Shown here one piece after another: positions 39,625 to 52,100 of a DNA stretch of 64,000 nucleotides (position 1 is its first letter; each line of letters starts with the position of its first letter). Where the stretch lies: the NCBI RefSeq assembly GCF_964355755.1, contig NC_092675.1:21920912-21984911 (forward strand), read 5' to 3'. A program made the position numbers and the translations under genes. Source of the stretch: Antedon mediterranea (Eukaryota; Animalia; Echinodermata). The notes under the pieces are model-generated. The model was not told the DNA's origin. It saw nothing but the letters and a program-made list of their open reading frames with translations, and made no database searches.

Positions 39625-41770
39625 GTTTGCCTTTGCCTTATGTTGTGGTTTATCAGTAGGCCTACTCAGTTTACTGTTGATATTTAATTAAGTTTGTGCC
39701 ATATGGCTGTCAGATACTTATAATGAAACATTGCATACAATAATCGCAACTTAAAGTCAGTAGGCTTATTAACTGTATTTGTATAGTTGATGTAATATGG
39801 GTATTGATAATCATTTGTCATAATTCATGAAATACAAAATATGGAAGTTATATTTATTATGTATATCAATTTAACTATAAAATGAGAAAAATTCAAATTC
39901 TTCAAACCCATGACAGCCTCAGCTGCAGTGGTCGCATTTTGTCAACATGTGTACTGTAGTAGACCCAGTGGCTTAATGTCTTTTCCGAAGGATGAGGCAA
40001 TGGAAATAAACCATTGAATGTCATTTTTTATCTGTTATAAGTGTCAAACTACTGACATAAATCAAAGTACAGTATACCCGGACTTGTTATAAATATTATA
40101 TTCAAGCAATTTCATAATAATAAAATATTGATACTACAAGTACTTTTGATGATATCATCATTATTAATGTATACCCAATATTGCTATACCGTATCTTTAG
40201 TTCTTTCGCCATTATGTATTTAATCACGGGTGTGATGTTCGTCTGAGATTTGGTTCACTTGATCTATAATTAATGGACTGTTCCATTCAATATTCGATAA
40301 GGTTTGAGAATAATGAAATTTTCAAGCTCTTTGTTAGAGTTGTTAAGCCATTGGGCGTATATTAAACTTGAAGAATAATAATAGAGTCATTGAAGCATGT
40401 TAACACTGGCCCCCACACAGTTTATACTATAGGCATATAGTCAGCATGACTTGTTAATGGTAGGTTGCTATAAATTGTTACTATTTAAATATTTGTTTTT
40501 ATATATTTAGAAGTATTAGTTATGAAATTAAGTATATGGTATGAAAATATCATTGACAAAAATAAGTGTTTCTTGTACTTGGTAAGGATAGGTGTGCTTT
40601 TTATAGTTGGTCATTAATATAATTTAATAATGAGAGTTCTACCACTCAGTGTGAGGTTTATTTTGAAATTGATTCATGTACACATTTGTCAATAGATTTC
40701 GCAAGTTTTTCCAGTAGCGAACCATTAATTTTGTAGGTTGTTGTGTATTATTATGTTTCTGTATGAATTACTATGGTTTATCTTGTATTTTTACCTGTAT
40801 AAAACAAAATGGTACTTTCTATATGTATTTTTTGTATGTTTTCCCAATGTTAAAGATGGAGTAGTTTCTAATTCCTGTATGATAATTCCTCTTAAGTCCA
40901 GTAGGTCCACTATTAGTATTACTGCTGGTAGTTTTCAATGAGAAAAAAAAGAAAGATGTTTTCAGATTCATTATTTACCATTATTGCTCGTCTGTTTAAA
41001 TTGTCCTTTATAAATTGTGTGTTCTACTATTCCATGCCATTCATGATCTGGGTATGTATCAAGTACAGTAAGATTGTGTATTTCAATCATTTTTCAGAAT
41101 GCACTGTTCATTTATTCGTACCGCTGCAGTGTACCAAACATATATAACTCCATTATCCAATAATACACAGTTGTCAAAACAATTAAAATGCTAATGAAGC
41201 AACATAGACCACTTTTCAAGTTTGGACCCTTTAAATTTCTTCCGCAACTACAATCATTTTTTAATCTTAAGTTCTTATAAATATGTTGTACTATCAAAGG
41301 GAAACTATTTCCTCAGTTGTCTGCCCTCCTACTTTGGTACAGTGTGTTGTAATACAGTACATTTTTGTCATCCTATATGTTTTTTACCTTTTGGAGAAAA
41401 TAATTATATTATAATATATTATTCCTTCAAACGTTGCAATTGATATAAAATGAAAGTTTCCTGAACTAGTGTAAGTTCAATCAGATGTTTACACAGTATT
41501 TATGTTACTTGTGTGTTTGTATGTGTTAGTATAAGTAGCATAGATGATCTAAACATCACCTATGATATTTACACTAACTTGAATAGCATGCATTTTTCAA
41601 ATGTTACAGTAGAATAGACTTGAATATTATTATCATATTTGTTCAAGTACTTTACAGACACCCTGGGGTATTGAGCCTGTATCCATATTTGGTATAGGAA
41701 AACATACTACATTTTGGTGATACAATGCATAGCAACTCGTACTTTTATTTCATTTATTTATTCGACCAAC

Positions 41771-41802
41771 CATGGAGAAATAAGTTAACTTATTTCTCCA
41801 TG
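41771..41802. mobile_element. 32-bp perfect palindrome with 7-bp direct repeats (gaccaac); putative P-superfamily footprint
   Basis: gaccaac-catggagaaataagttaacttatttctccatg-gaccaac. Confidence 0.78.
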
Positions 41803-43027
41803 GACCAACAAACCATAAGATAAAATATACAGAGATAAATTGGTCAGGGACTGCTAAAGTAAATAAGATGACTCTAACTACAAGAGTCAGCAGTCCCTGA
41901 CTTTATTCAAGTGGTGTATTAACCAAAAAGTCAGTATTTATTAAAACAAAAATATACCACTAATAGTATTCATAGTGTCTACATGATTTGCATATACAGT
42001 AGTTACAACTTTACAACTTATGATAGGACAGTATTAAAATCATATACAGTACATTAATGTTTTTAATAACTTATTCTGGCATATACAGTACTGTATGATA
42101 GAACCTTTAAAAAATGGTCTGACGGCCAAATGTGAATGGTGACAAATAGACCCTCTATACTATTGCAGTTTCTATATTCTAAATTTTAACTGGTGGGGGG
42201 TATTTGTCAAACCTATAACACAAATCACAGTAGTGATATTTCAATTGAATTGTAATGATCCGTGATAAGCTTTTTAAATAATATTATATACTGTAATATA
42301 ATATTGATCAGGACCATGTAATACATTGTTGCATTGTGTCTATTGTTTTCCAACATATTAAATTGTTCACAAATATGATAAATTTATTTTGATTTAATTT
42401 ATTTAATATTATGGTAAAATATTGGTACAGTTATATTTATATTGATATTTCATACCAATGTAATATTCTAATGGGCTGTACTCTGATGCTCTTATTTTTA
42501 TAATAAGCAGAATTCCATAGAATTAGATAATAATGATAATAATAAATATCTGTATCTAGAATCAAATCATTAATTCCATAGGGTATAAATGAATTTCACT
42601 TTCAAGTTAAATTGTCAATCAAAATTTCTATTGATTTTCATTTCATATTTGAAAGTATCCACCAGTCCAAATATAAAGTATTATTAGTTGAAGCTGCATT
42701 CACATGGCCCTGTTTTGTTATATTTGCATAGTCGTTTGTTCCATTAAACGAATCATTAGCTAGCATTAATTTAAAATATGAAAATACAGTATAAGTAATT
42801 ACAGTAGTTGCAACACAATTAAGTAGACCAATCAGAAGCGACAGTTCAAGTGATCCATCATATTGTGATTGGTCAATACTTACAATGTGCTTACATCCTT
42901 GCATTGCATTTTAGGGGAAACATAGCTTATACAGTATAACATAAAGTTTTGTGATCAAGGCATTTGTTAACATTTTTGATGTTTTAATTTTTCAGAGTAA
43001 ATTTGGACGTCTCAGCCAATCTGAATC

Positions 43028-43127
43028 ATGTCTACTTTACAGCAACAACCACTGCAGAAAGCAGTTCACTCAGAATTAGAAATAGCTCTTAAAAAACGTC
43101 GCAGTAGAGAAAATTCAGTAGAAACTG
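43028..43127 (+). CDS. KANK: KANK coding exon 1 (MSTLQQQ...SVET); exon begins at 42996
   Basis: Acceptor ttttttcag ends at 42995, an in-frame TAA at 42998 precedes the ATG at 43028, and the donor G|gtatga is phase 1, matching the acceptor at 44785. Confidence 0.7.
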
Positions 43128-46100
43128 GTATGATTCCATCTTATTTTTCTACCTTTAGTAATGAATTTATTATTATTAATCCTGGTAAAATGATTCCTAG
43201 GAAAAATCCCTCAAATGTACATGAATTTTTATGAATTTAATATCTTTTATTAAAAACAATATATGTTGCACCACTATTTTAAAAAAGGATATAAAATAAG
43301 TAGGGTCATTATCAATTTTGCATAGATTTAGATTTATAATAAACAATAGAAATTTTAAATCCGGAACATCTGTACCTTTTAATTGTTGTACATAAAAAAT
43401 AAAATAATAAATAAATAAAACTATAAAAATCAATTGAGAATTTGCCTAATATCAGATGACCTACAATTATTTATATTATATTGTCTTCTACTAGTGCTAC
43501 ACTGTCTTACCCCATTTCACATCTTAACTCGCTTGACACGAAGTGAAAGCTGTTCAAAGGGGAAGTGCATATTCTCACATCGTTCTTAAATATAGTATAA
43601 TTTAATTAGGCATTGTATAGAAATGTGATTACACAGAACTTGTTCACTTGTGACTGATTTTATTTTCTGGACTAAACGGTTCTGTTTTCAATTTAGACTG
43701 AAACACATGTGAAATAAACAGCTGCAATACAACAAAATATGCTCCAGAGTGAACGACCTCGACCATTTTACTGTATTATAAAATTCAACGAGACATTTAT
43801 AGAAATAAATTTAGTGCAACACTGTCTTCTTTTAATGCATACTAATTGCCCCGATTAAGCCAGAACAATTACAGAAATCTAATATGATATTGAAGAAGTG
43901 GAATTTTATGCTTTAGGCTATCCACTCTGTGCTGTAGTTCTAAATTATCCTTTTGTATTAAAATACTACATGAAATTTAATCAAAACTTTGCCCCAGGGA
44001 ATTTTGATAAACAGGTTAATTGATGTTGTGATATCACATAAATTGGCCTAATGGCCTTAATTTAGTTTAATACAAGAATTGAGAAGAATTCACTTTTCTG
44101 TTAATTAATTAATTCTGTTATAATTTAGTCAAGTTAACATATTTACAACCCTTTCCTTTTTATTTTTTTAGAAGCCACCATCTTTTTATTTCTATATATA
44201 TATATACAGGAAAGGACAATTAAATGAAGAAGTTATAGGCCTATAATTATTTTTAACTTTAGCTATAGGCTACCATAGCCTCATTTTTTTGTAGATAAGA
44301 GCACTAAACATTTTTTTTTTTTCAATATTAAAAAAAAAAATATGTACACTTTCCAAACCATCATGCCAGTGTTATTGGTGAATATAAGAACTGGAATCAA
44401 AGTAACATATTTGGTGAAAGATTTGATATTGTCTTCTTCCGCAATCAAATTCAACCAATAGTGTTGTAGTATAAACATATTGATGGCCACACAACAACAT
44501 CCTTTGGAAACAAATAACATTATCCCATCCTCTTACTCATAATGCTTCAAGATAAAACCATTTGAACTTGTCGTGGGAACAAAGTTGGACGGAAGTCTTC
44601 CTAATTTCTATCTTATTACTGGTTTTTAATTATTACTAATGAATGAATGATTACGGATATAATTATTTGTCGGAGTACACTAATCAAATTGGTTTGGTAT
44701 ACTGAGTCATGTCTATAAAATTGCTGTTTCACCATGTTGTTCTTATATAAATATCTACAAACCTATTCTGTTTTTCATTATCAGATCTGCCAACAAGGTG
44801 TCACATTGAAGTCAACTCCAACAGCAACAATAACATCAACAACAACCTGGAAACAAGCAGTACACAGCGCTGTAACTGTTGCCCTTATGGTTACCACATA
44901 GACTTGGACTTTTTACGGTATTGTGAAGAAATCTCTTCTGGAGCAACGTTAAAGAAATTAAAACGGAATTCAAGACCAAGAAAAAAGGCTGTGAAACTTT
45001 TCAGCAAACCATCACCACCAATAGTTCCTCCAAAACCACCAAAAGATAAAAGAAGAAGAGCAAAGTCAGCTGATGGTAGCATTGAACCAGAATTGATCTT
45101 GAAACAAGAGAATCAACTCTTTTCTGCAGCGTTTAGTGATTTTGCTGATTTAATACATAAGCGGTATATCCCAGGTAATCATAGAAGTCAATTTATTCAT
45201 AAAGCATCATCAGATACGCGATCTCTGCCTGCAAATCCAACAGACGCAAGTTATAGTGATTTTGAAAACGAGAGTACTCTTTCTTTAGATGGTCTTGATA
45301 TCAATCATTCAAATGATGAGTTATTCATAGAAGAAGTTGAACAAAAATTAATGTTAGGTAATTCACCAACGCACATTAAACATCACCTTCCATCGGATTT
45401 ATCTCCTCTTACAAATCTGGTTTCTTGTAAAAGTGACTCCCTAAGTTCTTTAGACTCTCAATCAACCACCGCTAGCTCTTTACCTTCAATACCACCAGTG
45501 ACGTCCGGAAACGACCAGTTAGTATCAAATATGGCATACTCAATTTCTAAGTTAGCTCATGTGAAGCAGGTTGACTCTGGTAGTCATTCTGGAAGATCAA
45601 CACCTTCCTCATCCATTACTCCAAATACTTTAGCAGCAATACGCCAGCAAATGGCAGTTGCTCTTCAGAGATTAAGAGAATTAGAAGAACAAGCAAAACT
45701 AATTCCTGTATTAACAGTGAAACTGTCTGTTTTGAAAGAGGAAAAGCGTTTAATGATGCTACAATTAAAATCTAAAAAGCAATCACCAAACACCACAGAT
45801 GTCGGAGTTGGTGATTGTACAATTGATTACATTGAACATACTGAAAAAAGATCAAGCAATATAACCACTATTCAAATGTCTAGCAAGTTTACAAGGTCTC
45901 CTTCACAAACCAAGCTGGTTGAAAATAAAGTAGAAATGAAATCCATTGGAATTATGGCAAAAATGTTACCAGATCTTTGTAATCATGGAGAGAGATCAAA
46001 TGGAATTCAACCAATTGAAGAGACAATAATTTCTAAAGTCTCGGACACAGAACTTGTTCATTCTGCCCCACCAAATGTATTGGTACAGAAACCGGAAATG

Positions 46101-49100
46101 AGAGATAGTTCTGTAAACACAGATATTATTAATACATGCGCTGTTGGAATTAATGTTAGTGCACAGACAATTGCATCTTCAACAAATACACAACAAGTTG
46201 AAATGTCAGAAAAGAGTTCTTTTATCGAATTATCAACTAACGATCAACAATGCAGTACTGTTAATCCCGTGATGGCAATCAGCTCTACAAATACAGAACT
46301 ACAAGTAGCAAATCAGTCTACCTCAACTGAATATTTCAAAAAGAATTTGCCAAGTTGTGGAGTTAATACTGACATCTTGACAACAAGCATTATTGGTACT
46401 AATACAGACTCTCTGAACATTGAGAAACCAGATGTTATTGATAGCACTTGCAATACTGAACCAGTAGTTGTTAAAGAGTATGTCACAAAAAAGGATTCAT
46501 TTACTGATATGATTAAAACTACGAAAGATTGTGGAATTGTTACAGAGTCTCTTTCTGTGCAAGATCAGCAAACAGAGGTGATTCTTGATTCACATGATGT
46601 TGCAACAGAGACAATTATGAACTCCATGAATCAATGCACAAATACAGACTCACTTCAAACAATTGAAAAATCCACTCAATTTGAGACAGAACTTTCAGAC
46701 AAAGGTATTAGTGCTACAGTTGGATCGCACGATCTTGCAACTGGAATGGAATTGGTGCAGATTGAAAAAGCAACTTCATGTGAGGCTCTGCCTGAAATGA
46801 TAAACACTGGAGTTGGCAATGGTGATGTCAGGGCACCAACCACTTCTACTGATGTATCTGTAAAATTGACAACAGATTTCAATGTTGATACATTTTGTTG
46901 TCAGTGTGACAATGTCTTTTCAAATTCTGTGGATGGTAGTGACAGTGGGATTGCAATTTCACCAGATGCGAGAATAAGTGAAGATGTTTCCTCTGTTGAA
47001 ACTTTGGAAGTTCATCAGATTCCTTTAGGTTATTCTATCACCAGCAACAGCGATAATGAGAAAGAGTCAACTATAAACATGCCAAATCAAAAAATGGAAT
47101 GTTATAAACCATTAGATGAAATTGACAATATCACTCAATTTCCTTCGTTTGATGATGTTTGGAGCAAGGAAAATGAAGGTAAAGTTAAAACAATAAAATT
47201 ATTCTTAGGAAATCAGTATCAACAATACCATATTAAAAATCTCCTATGATTTAACCAAAATAATCAAATGAGTGTTAAACTGAAACATAACAAAGTACAT
47301 TTTAAGTTGTATAGTTATTTTACTAATTTCTACTTTATAAATTTAGATTTGTTAGAAGAACAGCAAGATGTCTCTGCATCTTTAAGTTATTCTCCAACTC
47401 AAAGCCAATCATCTATCGCTGAAGATCTTCATTCAGGTCGGTCTGAGTATACAGTAATACCAGGTATTAGTAGCACAGAAAGTCCTGAAAATAACACGGA
47501 TAATCCTACTAGTAGCATGGGCATTCCCAGTAGTAGCACAGCATCCTGGTACCAGCATGATAATCTGTTTGCCGGTGGTTTCACTAACATGCACGCCATT
47601 CGTGAAGGTACAGAATATCAATACACAATAATGCTCCGTTGGCCCTTGCACACATTTTGTTCAGCACTGCTCCAAATTCAATGTGTAGCAATGTATAGAA
47701 TGTAATGACATGTATTTACATATAAGTTACATACGCAGGAATTAAAATGCAAAATATATGATCAATTTTTGGCCATGGTGCGCATAAGTTGTACACAGTT
47801 CACAAATTTGCAAGTCGTTCACACATTGTCCCGCAAATTTCTTTAATATGCATTGAATGCGGATCAAAAGTTGTGCAAGTATCAAAAGGGCTTAATAGCA
47901 TTAAAGTGTTAAATGTAAATAACTTTTAAAGTGACTATGCTGGGTCAAAGCTGAGAGAGTATGGCAAACTTTCAGAAAGACTTCATTCATTTGATTGCTA
48001 TATTGATTGTGAACAACACGTTCGTTCAAACTCTTACTAGCTCTGGAATGGGCTTTTAGTAGATTTAACAGTTTAATTGTGCTTATGTGCTCTAACTTCT
48101 AGTGCACATAACAGGAAACATGAGGAGAAGAAGAGCAGAGAGTATCCCCCACAAACATTTCCCTTTTGATGTTCAGAAAGGTCTCCTCCTAATCCACTGA
48201 ATAATACAATCTGTCTAAATTCTATTTAGAAATGAAATGACCCGGCAGTTTTTGTGAAAAACAGGTGGTTTTTGTTAGATGTGCTGTTGTTCTGATATTA
48301 CACAATTTACTGACATAATGTGTAGCAGGCTGAGTCGTCTGTGATTGCACTTAGTTATGTAGTTTTGAACTAGCATGGTAATTAATGGATTCAGTAGTGA
48401 CCGTTTTAACTGTCTATGAACTCTGCACATGACAAAATAGCATGACTGTTTAAAGAACTGGTACGAGTCTATGTGCACATTGCAGCCTAATTCATAGATG
48501 TACATGTGAATATCTGTAAAAATTGTCTTGTTAAATCATGGAGGTATACCTCCATGGTTAAATTAATCACTAAAAGTATCATAACAGAATAATAATTTTT
48601 ACTCACAGAATATTGATCCACTCATTCTGAATAATTTACTTGTTTTAATTGATTTTTGTGATTTTCTGATTTTATTACAAATATATTGTTCAATATACAG
48701 ATGAACTGACAGTACAAGTTGACAAGCCAACTATGGATAATGGAAGCTCACAGACAAATAGTAGCATTCAAAATAAAAAGGACATCAATGATGTTACAAA
48801 GTAAGAATTTATTTATTTTCTAGTTACTTTGAACCATCCCTGTACAAGCAATTAGCACTGGGACACTCTAATTTTTCCAAAGTGTTTAGGCTATGTTAAT
48901 CTATACAAGTTACACAGGCAGGTCACAAAGATGTCTTTAGGATTGGTATCTTTATTTATCTTCCTGGATGGATTTATACAGTTCCCTTTTTTATTTAGAT
49001 TGGCACCGAGTTCCAGCTCAAGTGATGATGAATCATCTGAGTCAGATAGTGAAAGTTCAGATGGCAGCTCTAACGCATCAACCTCTCCAGATGAAGGTTG

Positions 49101-52100
49101 CTATGACAGTGAACTTGGCCAGATCACATATCACAAGGTAGCTCATGGCAAACTCACCAGTTTGGTTGACTATTCTACTGAGGTGAAAGAAGTACCAAAA
49201 ATAAGGAGGGAAATGCCAACGTTAAAGGAAGTTGAAGTGGAAGAAGGGTAAGATTGGTCCTCTATTCTTTAAATGTACCTCACTGACATCTGCAGAGACT
49301 ATGCTCACATACAAACATGTTATATATTACTACACTGTGGGCCGACACAGTCTGCAAACTTTGTACCAGTAAGAGTTCTGTGTCATATACAAGGAACCAA
49401 TGGCTTGGTGTCTCATTTGAAGGATATACAACTGAAAGGACAACATCTTACTTAAGGACACACCTATAATCTTTATCCTTCTGCTTTTACATGTTTTATT
49501 CATTTGGTGTAAAAATTCCTTCTTTACATATAATTATTTTGCTGTAGGTTTGCTTTGAATCCGGCAGTTTATTCCTCATTGGATCAGATGGAAGCATTAC
49601 TAACAAATGGGATGGAAGAGAGAATCCAAGATTTGGTAATTCATTGTTTATGTTTTTACAAACACATATTGTCACATTTATAGCCTACTATTTTTATTGA
49701 GATCTACATTTTGGAATATGATCGATGTGGTTTATGTTTGTAATGTTTTTCTAACATCTTTTTCATTGTTTTGTTTCTGATAGCCTTTTGATGAAATAAA
49801 TTGTTTGCAGTTGTCAAAGCGCTTTGTAAAAAGCACTTAATAAATAAAATTTGAAAGAATAGTAGATGTACCAAACCATTTAACCATTTTCTTAAATTAG
49901 CTATATTTATATCAATGAATGTGTTTTAAAACTAAATTAAATATTTTGTAAATAATATAATAAATGACAAATTTCATTTCAGCTTACATCCACTAGTGTG
50001 ATTGCTAGAGAATGGTTTAGAATTACAAGTCAGAAGACGTCTGATTGCAATGAAGTAAAAACATTCCTATCTGCATTAGCTACAAAACCAAAGGTATTGC
50101 GAGAGAAGGTGGTAAACATGGTTGACCATAATGTAAGTATAACAGGAACATTGTTTTAAAAATATGTGTGATATAATTTCGATATTCATTTATTCACACC
50201 CACCCCAAGATTATCTTTATATTCCCCATGCAGTATACAGTTTTCTACCCTTTCAACCTTAAAGTGTATAAAGTGGATATGTCAAACACTAAAACTAATG
50301 TCATACCTTCAATAAAATATATCCTAATTAGCCTATATCAAAAATTATTAAATAAAAAATCAAGTTTCTTGACTGAATTAATATCTGTAAAATTATCATA
50401 CTAATATTCCACCCCTTAAAAATTAAAGAGGTTCAAAGTACCTATAATGTCGATGATTGCACCCTTGCTTGACATACACCTACATCAATATTGTAAAATC
50501 TATCTTTTTGCTTTTTAAAAATCAGATCAACACAGCCCTACATTACTCTGTATCCCATTGTAATTATGAGATAGTTGAACAACTACTGGACAGTGGAGAC
50601 TGTAGTGTGAACAAGCAAAACAAAGCTGGTTATACAGCAACTATGCTAGCCTCTTTGTCAGAAGTGACAAATGAATTACAACGTGTCTGTATAAGGAGAC
50701 TATTCAACTTAGGGGATGTTAACATCAAAGATACACGGGTAAAGCGGTATTTTATTATTTATTTCTTACATATTCAGTATTGAGAAATTTTCTATGTGTG
50801 CTGGAGCAGGATTTAATCCCAGACCCTTAAATTTGTATGCAAACACTTTCTTTAAACAAAACAATAAAAAAATGATGCATAATGGAATAAAGAGGGGATT
50901 TTATTTTTTTTTTAATTTTATAAGACAATCAGGAAGTTTACCCCTACAAAAAAAAAAAATTTGAATCTACATCCTACAATTTTTTTTCACTTGTCATGCA
51001 CAAATTATAACTGATGTTCTAAGATAACTAAAACCATATGGTTTTCGGTTATACATTCCATCATACAGTATAAAAAGCACATAGACATTTCACAGCAATA
51101 TTGAGTTCAGGGAGTTCTGTTAAATTGTTGGTAGGTTTAAATGTTGTGGCTATGACACATAGGTTGATATTTATTTTTAAGAAAAACATGGAGCAGTGCT
51201 TTAGCAAAATATTTTATGGTTATTTTATATCTTAAGCAATGGCTTTTGTTTTAGATTTAATCATGTTATCACCCAGCCCCTGATAGCATTGGCCATTCTG
51301 TCCATTCTGCTCATATGTCTTGATAATACATCACTTGATAATAATAGGCCATATAACCACCAAGGTTAACATATGTATACAGCCAGCCACGCCCTTCCCA
51401 AGTGATCTGGTGTTTGTTTAACAAATACTGCTTGTAAACTCACCTGTTTGCCTATTATCACTTACAGCAGGTGGTACACTGCAGTTTACTCACATCCTGT
51501 GAGAGAGAGAATGATAGAAAACGCTTGAGAAATAAAATATTAACCTTACTTTATACCACCTTGACAATACCCTGCTCATTTGATTTTGGTACATCCTGAC
51601 CCATTTTTAAATGGTACAGTATAATGTTTGGTAGGAGGCAGTGTTTTGGAGGTACTAAAATATTTAAATATAAAATGATCCTTTGGAGTTGTAGGTTGGT
51701 GGTTGCGTGCATATTGGAGTTGTTGGTTGGTGGTTAACATGCGTAGTGCAGTTGTAGGCTGGTTGATAACAATTTTGCCTTTCAATCCCAATGTCCAATG
51801 TTCAAAAGTGCCAGAGCTTCTACTCCACTCCCTAAGATACTTGTTGAATAATGCTGGCCCATCTCTTATTCTTTATATTTTCTTTATTATGCTAATTTCA
51901 TTGTTATGTGATATATTTGTGTATTTTGTTATTTTTAATATGGGCAAACCATCGATTATTAACTTTGGTGAAACAAAATTATGAAAATAAGGTGCTTATA
52001 AAATTTAAACAAATTTAGTTACTTAACCAATCATAAAAGGTCATCAGTCTGAGAGTGATTGTCGAAAATCTGACTAATGTTTTTCTTTCACCTCGCTTAT

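Noticed and set aside
46676-46882. Antisense ORFs within KANK exons (also 44891..45082 and 47433..47651)
   Set aside because: Shadow frames of a real coding exon with no independent support.
47179-47249. Single-exon 781-aa protein ending at 47249
   Set aside because: The ORF reads through a good donor at 47179, its start is a TTG inside the KN motif, and downstream exons continue in phase to the ankyrin repeats.
51030-51045. Palindrome aaaaccatatggtttt as a fourth footprint
   Set aside because: No 7-bp flanking duplication and no CATGGAG terminus.
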